In this document: positions 26,874 to 37,687 of the stretch, piece after piece
Position numbering within the stretch: the stretch's first letter is position 1
Layout of the letters: each line of letters opens with the position of its first letter
NCBI GenBank assembly: GCA_024680655.1
Contig: JAILBY010000026.1
Location: forward strand, 4,109-68,108
DNA from: Clostridiales bacterium
GTDB taxonomy: Bacteria > Bacillota > Clostridia > Oscillospirales > Acutalibacteraceae
DNA length: 64,000 nt
Reading direction: 5' to 3'
Translations under genes and position numbers: made by a program
Notes under the pieces: model-generated
Databases searched by the model: none
Seen by the model: the letters and a program-made list of their open reading frames with translations, nothing else
What the model was told of the DNA's origin: nothing

Positions 26874-29800
26874 ATGATATTTGATATATCTAGAAAACAG
26901 ATTTTTCAGGAAGGTCGTATAGCTTGGGTTGATATTTATAAAGCGGTTGCCATAATTTTAATGGTGTTGGGACATGCTACAGGACGCTTTAATCTATGGG
27001 TTTATCAGTTTCATATGGCGGCATTTTTCTTTGTTTCTGGATATGTCGTTAATTACAGTAGACGTTCTTTGTCTAGAACTATTTGGGACAGGTTTTTTAC
27101 TCTGCTTTTACCATATTTTTCTGTTTTTACTCTTTTTCTTTCTCTTGAGTTTGTTTTGCAACATTTGGGCCTTAGACATTTCATTTTAGGAGATTTTAAC
27201 TATGTCGGTATTAAAAAGAGCCTTTTAGATTTGTTTGTTTATGGAAATTCCCACGCTTGTTTTTTAGGGGCTGGCTGGTTTGTCATTGCTCTTTTTGGCA
27301 TAGAGGTGTTGGGGAAAGTTTTATACGATCTTTTGTGCAAAAATAGGTTAGCATATTTTGTTTCTGCTGCAGCGATTTTCATTTTTGGTCGATGGATGGT
27401 GGATCAGGGGTATAGATTTCATATAGGTATTTTTTATGTGAATTCCATTTTTATCGGTCATTTTTACTTTGCTTTGGGGCATTTGGCTCGTAGTTCTGAA
27501 TTGTTAGAAATTATGCGCACAAAGCTTCCGTTGTGGGGGAAAGTTGCTTGTTTTGTGGTTGTAGTATGTCTTTTGCAAGTTTTTAGACATTTTGGTTTTT
27601 TGGTCGATTTTGCAAGCAATGTTTTTAATCATAATTTATGGTGCGAAGCCCTTGCCGCTATAAACGGTTGCATATTTTTGTTTCTCTGTTCTGTTTTTCT
27701 AGAGAGTATATATGCTCTCAGGAATCCTTTGTTCTTGCTTGGTTCGAATACACTTGGGGTTTTGTTTTTTCACTTTATGTTTTTTAAGCCAGTTCAGTTG
27801 TTGTTGATATTCGTAAAACGAAAAGACATTTCTTTATTGAATGAATTCGTTCCTAAATCTTTCGGCAGATACAGTTGGCCGTTGTTTGTTGTTGTCTCTA
27901 TTGTTTTGAGTGTCGGCCTATGGCTTTTACTTCTAAAGATTCCTTTGTTTAAGTTTTTGTTTGGAAAGTCTTCAGCTATTTATGACAAGTGGCGTTGTTT
28001 TGCTAAGCGTTCATTTGAACTGATTTTTGGCGTTGAAACAAAGACTTTGAGCATTTTAAATTATGCTTGTAAGACTAAGAGTTGTTTGTTAGAGAGTAAA
28101 ACTTGGATTTTGCCGTTTGCATTTTCCATTTTGGTGGCGATTCCAATGTTAACGCAGGGGGTTATGCTCAATGATGAGTTGCAAATAAATTCATGGGTGG
28201 AAGGCGGCTTCGCGACTTGTTTTAGTCATTGGTTTTCTTTGGCAAAAATGCAGGGACGACACATTTCTGCTTTTAGTTACGCGTTTTTTATGACTCTTGT
28301 AGAGCTTTTTGGAGGTCAGCGTTCTCCGCTAAATAGACTTTTGCCTGTTTTCTTGCATTTTTTCAGTGTGTTTTTATATTTTCGTTTTATAAAAAGAATT
28401 ACGGCGAATGGTAATTTTGCAAAATTTTGCTCTGTTGTTCTTTTGGCTTTTACTCCATTGCTTTTTGAGCATACTATACCAAATGCGTTTAATTATTTTT
28501 TACCAGATTTTATAATCCTATTGCTATCTTTTATTTTGTTTTATGATTATCAAATTTCGCACAAAAAACAGAAAATTATTTGGGCAATGATACTATTCTT
28601 CGCGGCTTGTTGTTCATACGAACTTTTTGTTACCTATGTTTTTGTTTATCTCGTTATAATTTTAGAAACACAAAAAACACGTCTTTTTTCAAAAAAGACT
28701 ATTCTTTTATTTGCTCCTGCTGTTATAACCGCTTTCATCTATGTCGCGTTTTACTGTGTTTTCAGAATTATGTTTCCATCTGGTTATTCTGGGAACACAA
28801 TCGGTTTTTCAGCACGGGGGGCGGCAAAAGTGCTGTTGGGAATGTTTCGATCTTCCGTTCCTGGTATTTTTTCATTAAACGGAAAATACAAATATTTTTC
28901 GGCTTTATATTCTAATAATCTTAATCCTATTGACTATTTTAGAATAATTGGCGTTGTTTTGTTGTTTTGTGCTATTTCGTATGTTTTGATAAAAAGACTT
29001 TTAGAATCTTCTGAGAAAAAGAATATAAAGACATTTGTTCTGCCGTTGTTTTGCGGTTGTGTTTATATGGTTTTGCCGGCCTTTCCTAACAGTCTTGGAC
29101 AAATGTATCAAAACGATTTTAATAGAGGCCACTGGTTGCTTGCCCTTCCAGTTTCGTATTTTTTGTTATATGCAGCCGTTTTCGCAGTTTGTTGGTGTTT
29201 GTTGCATTTTGCTCGGTTTGTTACAAGAAAAAAGTGTTCGGATATTGTTCCGTCTTTGATATCTATTGCGCTTGCTTTATATTTGATTCCCGTTCAGTAT
29301 TTAAATTCCATTGTGGCGAATCAGCAATATAAGGATTGGGAGCGTATTTGTGACATTCATGATTTGTTGGATACGGATTTTGTAAATGGGCTTGGTGGCG
29401 CGACCGCTTATGCTCCGGATTTTTTTGAAACTCGTAACCTTCTTGCAATAGACGCAGGACATTACGCCCTTTGGCAAAACTTAAAGAGGCATCGGCTTCA
29501 GATAGTGAACAGGACGTCTTTTGCCGATTTAAAAGACGATGAATGTTTTATAGCCATGCCATTTGACAAATACTTTGTTGTACAAGACAATGGCAGTGTG
29601 TTTGTTGTCAGCAAGAATCCGCTTTTTGGAAGAGCTCTTGTTCCTGTTTCGAGCGGAAACTGGAAAGAGGCAGTCTTGCAACGTCAATGGAAAGACAAGT
29701 CTTTCACAATATATGAGACAAACCTTGTGGTTGGTGATTCTATTGCTGCAATAGGAAAGACATTGAACAGAGCTTTTGTACAAAAAGGTTTTTATTCGGA

Positions 29801-30098
29801 CGGTTGGCTGCAAAAAGAAAGTTTGTTTAAGATTAGAACGGATACCTCTGGCCGTGTTGATTTTTCGTTTTATTATCCTTTTGATGACTGTGACGACAAA
29901 AAGCGTATTGTCATATCTGTCAACGGTGAAGAACATGGTTTCGTTGTAAGAGAAAACCTGTCAAATTTTTCCGTTTCTGCCCCTGCAAAACAAGTCGTTG
30001 ATGTAAAGATAGTGTGTTCATGGGAGTTGTCTGCAGAAAGAAAAAACGGCGATTCGCGAGAGTTGTGCATAGTGCTTTCAAAGATGAATGGAATGTAA
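26874..30098 (+). CDS. Acyltransferase-3 (OafA/AT3) domain fused to a large GT-C-like polytopic domain and a C-terminal soluble domain
   Basis: AT3 N-terminus IAWVDIYKAVAIILMVLGH with about 10 TM helices (aa 1 to about 370). A second polytopic block follows, with the loop motif MLNDELQINSW, and then a soluble tail of about 250 aa. The track start GTG 26862 is trimmed to ATG 26874. Confidence 0.65.
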   Translation: MIFDISRKQIFQEGRIAWVDIYKAVAIILMVLGHATGRFNLWVYQFHMAAFFFVSGYVVNYSRRSLSRTIWDRFFTLLLPYFSVFTLFLSLEFVLQHLGLRHFILGDFNYVGIKKSLLDLFVYGNSHACFLGAGWFVIALFGIEVLGKVLYDLLCKNRLAYFVSAAAIFIFGRWMVDQGYRFHIGIFYVNSIFIGHFYFALGHLARSSELLEIMRTKLPLWGKVACFVVVVCLLQVFRHFGFLVDFASNVFNHNLWCEALAAINGCIFLFLCSVFLESIYALRNPLFLLGSNTLGVLFFHFMFFKPVQLLLIFVKRKDISLLNEFVPKSFGRYSWPLFVVVSIVLSVGLWLLLLKIPLFKFLFGKSSAIYDKWRCFAKRSFELIFGVETKTLSILNYACKTKSCLLESKTWILPFAFSILVAIPMLTQGVMLNDELQINSWVEGGFATCFSHWFSLAKMQGRHISAFSYAFFMTLVELFGGQRSPLNRLLPVFLHFFSVFLYFRFIKRITANGNFAKFCSVVLLAFTPLLFEHTIPNAFNYFLPDFIILLLSFILFYDYQISHKKQKIIWAMILFFAACCSYELFVTYVFVYLVIILETQKTRLFSKKTILLFAPAVITAFIYVAFYCVFRIMFPSGYSGNTIGFSARGAAKVLLGMFRSSVPGIFSLNGKYKYFSALYSNNLNPIDYFRIIGVVLLFCAISYVLIKRLLESSEKKNIKTFVLPLFCGCVYMVLPAFPNSLGQMYQNDFNRGHWLLALPVSYFLLYAAVFAVCWCLLHFARFVTRKKCSDIVPSLISIALALYLIPVQYLNSIVANQQYKDWERICDIHDLLDTDFVNGLGGATAYAPDFFETRNLLAIDAGHYALWQNLKRHRLQIVNRTSFADLKDDECFIAMPFDKYFVVQDNGSVFVVSKNPLFGRALVPVSSGNWKEAVLQRQWKDKSFTIYETNLVVGDSIAAIGKTLNRAFVQKGFYSDGWLQKESLFKIRTDTSGRVDFSFYYPFDDCDDKKRIVISVNGEEHGFVVRENLSNFSVSAPAKQVVDVKIVCSWELSAERKNGDSRELCIVLSKMNGM

Positions 30099-30151
30099 AA
30101 TGATGTTTTGTGTTTATATATATGAGAGTAAATAAAATGATAGGAGGTTTC

Positions 30152-32548
30152 ATGATTTGCTTGTGTGATAGAAAAAGCTTAAGAAAATTTGTTCCCGATT
30201 TTGGTGTTTTGTTGTTCCTTTTTGTTTTCTCTGCGTTTTACTATTTCAAAATGAATGTTTGGCCTGTAAAACTAGCTGGAGACTTGGGGGATGGGTGGTT
30301 ATCGCCTATTTATTCGACGTACAACGTGTTCCGACATGGTGAACTTTCACTGTGGAACCCATACTTGTGGTGTGGCATGTCCGCAGCTGGACATACATGT
30401 CAACAAACTTTATACCCTATTTATTTGTTTCTATTTGTTTTAAGATTGCCCTCGTTTGTAACTTTTGCCACCATAGTATTTACTATTCATTTTTTTATTT
30501 TAAGTGCGGGACTTTATTTCTTTTTACGTGTTAATAAAGTGTCATGGATTTCTGCCTTTGTCGCTGTTATGATGGCAATAACTTCGGCGGGGTTAACATA
30601 CCAGTCTTGGTGGGCTTATCTTTTTACGGGGTTTGTTTGGCATCCTTTTGTCCTTGCTTTTTCCACGTTGGCCGCTAGACAAGACATCCATGTGGAAAAG
30701 TATGGATGGCAAAAAATGCTTTCATATATAGCACTTTCTGGTATCTGTTTGGGATTGTCAGGACTAGCATGTCCCGGACAGTCCCTTTTGGTAAATGTTT
30801 TGACTGTTTGTATATTATGGTTCTGCCTTGTGTGTGCTGATTTTTCTAAGAGAAATCTTGTAAATTTGACTTTTAGGTTTCTTGCAATTGGATTTTTTTC
30901 GCTTGCCGTTTGTGCACCTGTATTGTTTTTAACAATCGAATATTCAAAATATTGTGTTCGATATGTTCCTGAAATGGGATGGGTCTGGCCTGGAGAAAAA
31001 TTAACTATTGGAGTTTTTTTAAAGCATAATATTAATTTTTCAAGTTTTCAAAACTTGTTTCAGTTCCCTGAGGCTGTGGATTACGCAGGTGGTAGATTTG
31101 GTCCCGTTAATTTTTTGCTCTCTTTGTTTGGTGTCTGTGGTTTCTTTGTAAAAGTTAAAGAGGGGGTTAAGCCTATTCAACTTTTTCAAAAGGTCTTGTT
31201 TGCATGTGTGATTTTATATGCAAGCGATTTTGTGTTGCCCTATATCGCTTGGTATGTTCCGTATCTTAACGCCATTAGAGAACCATTTTTATATGTTCCT
31301 TACTTAATTCTTCCATTGACTTTTTTTGCTGGGGTTGGATTGGACGCTATGATTGCTTGCAAAGCTTCTCCTGTTAGACTTGCAAAATGTGTTTCGTCAC
31401 CAGTGGTTATGTTTTTTTTGCTTTTCATTGTTTTGTGCAGTACGATGGTGAATTATACTGGTGCAGGAAGGGGCAGGGCTAATATACCAATCATCTTGTT
31501 GTTGGTTGTTTCGTTTGTGTTTACAGTCGACAGATTTGATTCTGTTGCATTAATTAAATTATTGCGTAAGTTTGTTTTTTCTTGTCTTTTGGCGGCGTCT
31601 GTATTTGTTCAAATGAAAAATGTTTCCGGTTGGTTTTCTGCATTTTCGACAAATAATATCGTAGAGAGTAAATTGATAAGGGTGCTTGATAATTTGACAA
31701 GGATAGAAGATTTTGTCTCGATGAAAGATGGCATTGAAAGAAAATCTTTTGGACGTTTTTCTTCTTTTTGCACAAGAGCATGGAGTAGCAATAGTCTTTC
31801 TATTAATAGAATGAGAGATGTCTCGGGGTATATGAATCCCGCGATGGGGGCAGCTATTGTGCTGAATGGTTGTGACTTAAAAACAAGGGCCGTTCTTGAG
31901 GATATTAGATATTTTTTTGTTGCTGAAGATAAGACCGATGAACTCTATGATTGGTCGCATGGAGTTGTGAAAACTGAATTGGGAGCACAATGCTTAGGCA
32001 CTATTGATTTATTCCCTGATTACGACTCTGACAAATTGAAAACTTTTTCTGTATGGAAAGTAAAAACAAACGGGACTGCATGGCTTGTTAATGACATAAG
32101 GCCTGCTCCTTTCTTTGGAAAAATGAGCAAGTCGAAAGGTGACAAGATGCAAGAACTTCTTAAGCAAAATCTCATAGACTATGAGCGGACGGCTTGGATT
32201 TCAGAAGATAGTTTAGTTAAAATAGAGGCTGGCCATAATAATTGGAATGTTGATGTTCTTTCATATAATAGCAACAGTGTAGAGTATTCTGTCCAGTCAG
32301 AGAAAGCCTCTTTGTTTGTTACATCGGAATTATGGTATCCCGGCTGGGATATGTATGTTGACGGCAAAAAGACAAAAACTTTGCAAGTCAATTTGTGCTT
32401 TAGGGGATGTGAGGTTCCATCTGGAAGTCATGTAATCAGAATGGTTTACCATCCGAGGTTGTTTTTTGTGGGGATTGTTTTTTTGTTTTTGATTATTGTT
32501 TTTTTTGTTATAATGCTTGTTGTAAAGCGTGAGGAGGGCAGCGAATGA
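30152..32548 (+). CDS. YfhO-family polytopic membrane glycosyltransferase-like protein
   Basis: Many TM helices. C-terminal YfhO-type signature LWYPGWDMYVDGKKTKTLQVNLCFRGCEVPSGSHVIRMVYHP and a final TM helix. Start set to ATG 30152, 4 nt after AGGAGG (30142-30147); the ORF is open from 30110. Confidence 0.7.
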   Translation: MICLCDRKSLRKFVPDFGVLLFLFVFSAFYYFKMNVWPVKLAGDLGDGWLSPIYSTYNVFRHGELSLWNPYLWCGMSAAGHTCQQTLYPIYLFLFVLRLPSFVTFATIVFTIHFFILSAGLYFFLRVNKVSWISAFVAVMMAITSAGLTYQSWWAYLFTGFVWHPFVLAFSTLAARQDIHVEKYGWQKMLSYIALSGICLGLSGLACPGQSLLVNVLTVCILWFCLVCADFSKRNLVNLTFRFLAIGFFSLAVCAPVLFLTIEYSKYCVRYVPEMGWVWPGEKLTIGVFLKHNINFSSFQNLFQFPEAVDYAGGRFGPVNFLLSLFGVCGFFVKVKEGVKPIQLFQKVLFACVILYASDFVLPYIAWYVPYLNAIREPFLYVPYLILPLTFFAGVGLDAMIACKASPVRLAKCVSSPVVMFFLLFIVLCSTMVNYTGAGRGRANIPIILLLVVSFVFTVDRFDSVALIKLLRKFVFSCLLAASVFVQMKNVSGWFSAFSTNNIVESKLIRVLDNLTRIEDFVSMKDGIERKSFGRFSSFCTRAWSSNSLSINRMRDVSGYMNPAMGAAIVLNGCDLKTRAVLEDIRYFFVAEDKTDELYDWSHGVVKTELGAQCLGTIDLFPDYDSDKLKTFSVWKVKTNGTAWLVNDIRPAPFFGKMSKSKGDKMQELLKQNLIDYERTAWISEDSLVKIEAGHNNWNVDVLSYNSNSVEYSVQSEKASLFVTSELWYPGWDMYVDGKKTKTLQVNLCFRGCEVPSGSHVIRMVYHPRLFFVGIVFLFLIIVFFVIMLVVKREEGSE

Positions 32549-33699
32549 CTACCAAAAGAACGGAATGGATAGATTGCTTAAAATTTTTTGCGATATTGTC
32601 AGTTGTTATTCATCATGGTTATGGAGGATTTTATCATAAATGGTGGATAGTCTTTTTGACCCAATTTTCTGTTCCTGTTTTTGTTTTCTTGGGTGGAGCT
32701 AATATGTATCAGTCGCAAGAGCGCTCAATATCTGTTTCATATTGCAAAGATGTTTTTAGACGACTTAAGGCTTTGTTTGTTCCGTATTTGATTGTTACAG
32801 CGGCAATAGTTTTTTTTCAGGTTAGACAGGTTCATTTGATAAAAATTTGGGATTATGCTATACATTTTTCAGGTTCGGCTCAGTTTTATTTTATTCTGTT
32901 CTATGCACAGTTGATATTGATTTCTAGAGTTTTGTATGCAATCATTTATGCATGTAAAACATCTAAAAACAACATTTTGTGTTATATTGTTTCGATTTTG
33001 TTTATGTCTTTTGTTTGTGCCTTCTTATATAGGCACTCTTTTGTTCTAGAAGTTCATGGAGGTGGCAAATTCCTTTTTGGAGCGTCTTTTTTATTGTTAT
33101 ATTTTGTGGGCATGATATTTGGTGCGTATTATAAAGATGTAAAGTGGAATAAATGGGTGGCCCTTATTGTTTTTTGTTGCTCAATTATAGCAACATTTTT
33201 TTATGCTTATTATCTTTATAAAAAAGGTTTTACTATTGATAATACTATTATAAAAGTTTTTGGTAATGGAAATCCGCCAGGCTTAAATTCTATGTTTTTT
33301 GCTTTTTTGGTGTGCCTTGTGGGGTGGAGTGCAAATGAATTTATCGATGGTTTTTCTCTCGCTTTTGCATTCAAGTTTCGGACTGGATTTGCAATTCTTG
33401 GGCGGCATACACTGTATGTGTTTTTGATGCATTGCTTTGTTTATGCATTTTTCTTCAACAGTAAATATGGAAGGGTCTTAGGGGATAATATTTGGATTAG
33501 ACGTTGTTTCTATATTCCTGCTGAGATTTTTCTGCCAATTATGTTTGAAGTATATGTGAGACATTTTTTTTCCTTTTTTCAATCACTTGTTGATAATGCT
33601 AAACAATTGACGGCAAAGAATCCACTTGGAAAAAAACTTCTAAAATTGGCGATTGGGACTGGAGCGCTTTTGTTGTTATTGTTTATTTTATATAAATAG
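32545..33699 (+). CDS. Acyltransferase-3 family membrane O-acyltransferase
   Basis: TEWIDCLKFFAILSVVIHH, about 10 TM helices. ATGA overlap with the YfhO gene. Confidence 0.75.
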   Translation: MTTKRTEWIDCLKFFAILSVVIHHGYGGFYHKWWIVFLTQFSVPVFVFLGGANMYQSQERSISVSYCKDVFRRLKALFVPYLIVTAAIVFFQVRQVHLIKIWDYAIHFSGSAQFYFILFYAQLILISRVLYAIIYACKTSKNNILCYIVSILFMSFVCAFLYRHSFVLEVHGGGKFLFGASFLLLYFVGMIFGAYYKDVKWNKWVALIVFCCSIIATFFYAYYLYKKGFTIDNTIIKVFGNGNPPGLNSMFFAFLVCLVGWSANEFIDGFSLAFAFKFRTGFAILGRHTLYVFLMHCFVYAFFFNSKYGRVLGDNIWIRRCFYIPAEIFLPIMFEVYVRHFFSFFQSLVDNAKQLTAKNPLGKKLLKLAIGTGALLLLLFILYK

Positions 33700-33736
33700 A
33701 ACATTCAAAAAAAACATAGATACAGGAGTTTTCGAT

Positions 33737-35158
33737 ATGAGGATGATTAAATTTTTTTTAAACAAGTATAAGTTTTATTTAATTGGTTTTCTTTTCATTT
33801 TTCTTTTCAATGTTTTTGCGGCAATGCAGGTTGATTTATCAAGAGGCTATGACAATACTTGGTATTGGCGGGCGTATGAACCTTTTTTTAATGGTCATAA
33901 GGTCGGGTTGGGGGAGTTGCCAATTTGGAGGGGGGTGTTGTTTTTGTGCATTTGCGGTTTGCTTAATGTTTTTGGGCATGGCAAATTTACTTATTGGATT
34001 TTGTTTTCTTCCTTTTTGCATGCATTTGTTTTTATGTCAATAATTCCCTATGTTTTTGATTTTTCTGAACGTCCTTCCATTTTCTTTCGTTCATTTAAGA
34101 AAATGTTGGCTTCTGTTTTTTGCTTTATTTTGCTTTTTTGTTTATATTCCGGGCTTTTTTATTATACGTTGTCCGATGTTTTTGCACTTTATATGTCTTT
34201 ATTATCTGTCTTTTTTATGAAAAAAATTATTGAGGAAAATTCTTTTTCATCTCTGATGTTTTTTTCCTTTTTGTGCGCAGTGTTTGCTTATTCTTCTTAT
34301 AATTCAAGGGGAATTTATCTTTTTTTCCTTGCATTGGAAATAATCATAGCTTTTCTTATTATATTGAAAAAATCTATTTCTGTTCATAAGCGCCTTATTT
34401 GTGTTTGTGCGTTTGTTATAGGTATATTGATGGCGGGGGTTCCGCAAGCAATTTTTAATTATAAGCATGGTTTGAGTGACGGTGTAGAGAAGGCGAAGAT
34501 TTCTATTCTTATTCCGAATTATTTTAATTATGCCGGCCAAATTTATAATGGACTTCAATGGCAACGTGTTGACGGGTATATAGGTCGGCCAGGCGTTATG
34601 GAGCAAAGCACTCCTTTTATGGAGTCTCAAGACTTAGTTGGTCGCAAACTATTTGAATTGAACGGTGGAAATGGGACGATTAAGGGGGCTATAAAGCTTA
34701 TTATAAAGTATCCGTTTGAATATGCGGGCGTTTGTATGAGGCATTTTATGAATATGACTTTTCCTTGCTGGCCGAACCAATATGTATGTGAATTGAATAA
34801 TAATAAATTGCCATACGCAATTATATCTCTTTTGCTTATGTATTCTTTTATTTTGTCTGCGATTCTTAGATGCTTAAAATCCTTGACTTCATATTGGATG
34901 TTGGCACCTGTTTTTTTAGTTTGCTTTATGTGCTTGCCAGATGGTAGGGAAATGCGTTATATCATAGGATTTTTTTTCATCATGGCAGGAACATTGTTTT
35001 TCAACGTTGACTATAAAGCTCTTGCTTTAAAAATAAAAGAGAATTGGATAGCTGTCCTTGTTGTTTTTGTTCTTTTTTCTGCTGTGATGATTTCGCAGTG
35101 GACTTGGTTTTTGATGACGCAGGAAACTGGAATTCCAATTTTTATATTGGGAAAATAG
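33737..35158 (+). CDS. Polytopic membrane protein (Wzy/GT-C-like candidate), function unknown
   Basis: Start ATG 33737, 8 nt after AGGAG (33724-33728). More than 10 hydrophobic segments. No motif recognised. Confidence 0.55.
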   Translation: MRMIKFFLNKYKFYLIGFLFIFLFNVFAAMQVDLSRGYDNTWYWRAYEPFFNGHKVGLGELPIWRGVLFLCICGLLNVFGHGKFTYWILFSSFLHAFVFMSIIPYVFDFSERPSIFFRSFKKMLASVFCFILLFCLYSGLFYYTLSDVFALYMSLLSVFFMKKIIEENSFSSLMFFSFLCAVFAYSSYNSRGIYLFFLALEIIIAFLIILKKSISVHKRLICVCAFVIGILMAGVPQAIFNYKHGLSDGVEKAKISILIPNYFNYAGQIYNGLQWQRVDGYIGRPGVMEQSTPFMESQDLVGRKLFELNGGNGTIKGAIKLIIKYPFEYAGVCMRHFMNMTFPCWPNQYVCELNNNKLPYAIISLLLMYSFILSAILRCLKSLTSYWMLAPVFLVCFMCLPDGREMRYIIGFFFIMAGTLFFNVDYKALALKIKENWIAVLVVFVLFSAVMISQWTWFLMTQETGIPIFILGK

Positions 35159-35227
35159 ATGCGTCATTTTTTTCTTTCTGTTGCATAAATTGTATGTATT
35201 TGCTAGAATTATCTTATGAGGGTGTAA

Positions 35228-35653
35228 ATGAGTGACATTATTCCTGTTTTTGATCAAGTTAAGTTTTTTGAGTTTAATCAGAGGGGCGACAATCGAGGGC
35301 ATCTTGTTGTTGTTGAGGGTGCGCAAGATGTCCCCTTTGAGATAAAAAGAGTTTTTTACATCTATGGTTCTGACCGTGATGTTGTCCGCGGACAGCATGC
35401 AAATCGTAAGAGCGAATTTGTCTTGATAAATGTTTCTGGAACAAGCAAGGTACGGGTTAAGGATGGAAAGGATAATGAGGCCATATTCTCTTTGAATAGA
35501 CCTCATACTGGAATATATCTTCCTAAAATGATATGGAAAGACATGTATGATTTTAGTGAAGATTCGGTTTTGTTGTGTCTTGCAAGTGAGCATTATGATT
35601 CTGAAGAGTATATCCGTAACTATGATGATTATGTGAAAGAGGTCTGTAAATGA
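35228..35653 (+). CDS. FdtA/QdtA-type sugar 3,4-ketoisomerase (cupin)
   Basis: GDNRGHLVVVEGAQDVPFEIKRVFYIYG...VRGQHANRK...LASEHYDSEEYIRNYDDY matches the WxcM/FdtA cupin pattern. Confidence 0.85.
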   Translation: MSDIIPVFDQVKFFEFNQRGDNRGHLVVVEGAQDVPFEIKRVFYIYGSDRDVVRGQHANRKSEFVLINVSGTSKVRVKDGKDNEAIFSLNRPHTGIYLPKMIWKDMYDFSEDSVLLCLASEHYDSEEYIRNYDDYVKEVCK

Positions 35654-35657
35654 TATT

Positions 35658-36605
35658 ATGAAACTCTCAATTATTATCCCTGTTTATTACAATCAAGACA
35701 ATCTCAAACCTCTATATTATGACATAAAGAAGAAAGTCATTGACATTGTTGACTACGATTATGAAATCGTAATGGTCAATGATGGCTCAAAAGATGGCAG
35801 TTATTCTGTCATGAAGCAACTTGCAGAAATCGATAAAAATATCAAAATTATTAGCCTATCCCGGAATTTCGGCTCACACTCTGCGATTTTGTGTGGGCTT
35901 GCCCACTGCTCAGGGGATTGCGCGGTTGTAAAAGCGGCGGATTTGCAAGAACCTACAGAAATGATTCTTGAAATGGTTGGAAGCTGGAAAAAAGGAAACA
36001 ATGTAGTTCTTGCGGTTCGTGGTGGCAGGGAAGAAAAGAAAAGTCAGACATTCTTTGCAAATCTCTATTATTGGATGGTTCGCAAGACTTCATTCCCTAA
36101 TATGCCCAAAACAGGTTTTGACATTTATCTGATTGACCGCAAAGTTATAAATGTTTTGAGCATGCTTGATGAAATAAACAGCGCGCTGACAGGTCAGATT
36201 CTATGGAGCGGGTTTAAAACTGATTGCGTATATTATACACGATTGGAAAGAAAAATTGGGAAAAGTCGTTGGACGTTAAAGAAAAAAATTAGGCTCGTTA
36301 CAGATACATTGTTTAGTTTTTCGACACTGCCTATAAAGCTTGTTTCTGTGGTTGGATTCCTTGCGTTTACAGGCTCTGTTATATGGGCAATTTGCCTTAT
36401 TATTTCAAAACTGTTGGGGATTATTCCGGTAAGTGGATGGACGACACTTATCGTTTTCAATTTGTTCAGTTTTGGCGTGATTATGCTTACGCTCGGTATT
36501 CTTGGTGAATACTTATGGCGAACTTTTGACGCGACGCGCAAGCGTCCTCCATATATCGTTGAGGAATCCAATATGGATGAGGAAGAAAAATCATGGAAAA
36601 AATAA
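35658..36605 (+). CDS. ArnC/GtrB-like GT2 polyprenyl-phosphate glycosyltransferase
   Basis: LSIIIPVYYNQDNL, YEIVMVNDGSKDGS, SRNFGSHSAILCGL, plus two C-terminal TM helices. Confidence 0.85.
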   Translation: MKLSIIIPVYYNQDNLKPLYYDIKKKVIDIVDYDYEIVMVNDGSKDGSYSVMKQLAEIDKNIKIISLSRNFGSHSAILCGLAHCSGDCAVVKAADLQEPTEMILEMVGSWKKGNNVVLAVRGGREEKKSQTFFANLYYWMVRKTSFPNMPKTGFDIYLIDRKVINVLSMLDEINSALTGQILWSGFKTDCVYYTRLERKIGKSRWTLKKKIRLVTDTLFSFSTLPIKLVSVVGFLAFTGSVIWAICLIISKLLGIIPVSGWTTLIVFNLFSFGVIMLTLGILGEYLWRTFDATRKRPPYIVEESNMDEEEKSWKK

Positions 36606-37687
36606 TGCCAAACCGCCTCGACAGAGGTTTTTATATGTACCAAAAGGAATTTGAGATAAAGGCTCTCGAAGTCCTGCGTTCCGGCTGGTACATTCTTGGA
36701 AACGAAGTGAAGCAGTTTGAAAACGAGTTCGCTTCTTTTACTGGTTCAAAGCACTGCGTGGGACTGGCAAGTGGTCTTGACGCGCTTTGGATAGCTTTCC
36801 GTGTTCTTGGGATTGGCAAGGACGATGAAGTAATCGTTCAGGGGAACACATATATTGCGAGCGTTATGGGCATTACAATCAACGGGGCGACGCCAGTCTT
36901 TGTTGAACCAGATGAATACTTCAATATAGATGCCTCAAAAATCGAAGAAAAGATAACTCCAAAAACAAAGGCGATTCTTGTAGTTCATCTTTACGGACAA
37001 GCTTCAAATATGAAACCCATAACTGACTTATGTAAAAAATACAATCTCCGTCTTGTGGAAGACTGCGCGCAGTCGCATGGTGCCTGCTTTGACGGGAAAA
37101 TGACAGGAACGTTTGGTGACATTGGGTGCTTTTCTTTTTATCCTTCAAAGAACCTTGGCGCTTTTGGCGACGCCGGCGCTATTACAACTGACGATGAAAA
37201 ACTTGCTGAAGCGGTAAGAATCTTCAGAAATTATGGAAGCGAAAAGCGCTATCATAATAAGGTTGTCGGGGCAAATTCACGCCTTGACGAATTGCAAGCT
37301 GGACTTCTTAGAGTTCGACTCACTCATATAAAAGAGCTTGCTGAAGAAAAGCAGAAAATTTGCGGCCGTTATCTGGAAGAATTACATAATGATAAAATTC
37401 AGCTCCCTAAAATTCGTGATGGTGCGACACATATTTGGCATCAGTTTGTAATTCGTTCAAAACAACGCGACGAGCTTATGAAATATCTTGACGAAAAAGG
37501 AATCGGGACGATAATTCATTATCCAATTCCACCGCACCTTTCGGAAGCGTACTCATATCTTGGAATGAAAGGAGGTTCTCTCCCCGTTACAGAGTTGTAT
37601 GCGAAAGAAGTGCTTTCGATTCCTCTTTACAATGGCATGACAGAAGAAGAGCAAGCTCGTGTAATAAAAGCTATTAATGTTTTTTAA
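36593..37687 (+). CDS. DegT/DnrJ/EryC1-family PLP-dependent sugar aminotransferase
   Basis: GNEVKQFENEFASFTG, GLDALW, and FSFYPSKNLGAFGDAGAITT (PLP lysine). Confidence 0.9.
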   Translation: MEKIMPNRLDRGFYMYQKEFEIKALEVLRSGWYILGNEVKQFENEFASFTGSKHCVGLASGLDALWIAFRVLGIGKDDEVIVQGNTYIASVMGITINGATPVFVEPDEYFNIDASKIEEKITPKTKAILVVHLYGQASNMKPITDLCKKYNLRLVEDCAQSHGACFDGKMTGTFGDIGCFSFYPSKNLGAFGDAGAITTDDEKLAEAVRIFRNYGSEKRYHNKVVGANSRLDELQAGLLRVRLTHIKELAEEKQKICGRYLEELHNDKIQLPKIRDGATHIWHQFVIRSKQRDELMKYLDEKGIGTIIHYPIPPHLSEAYSYLGMKGGSLPVTELYAKEVLSIPLYNGMTEEEQARVIKAINVF

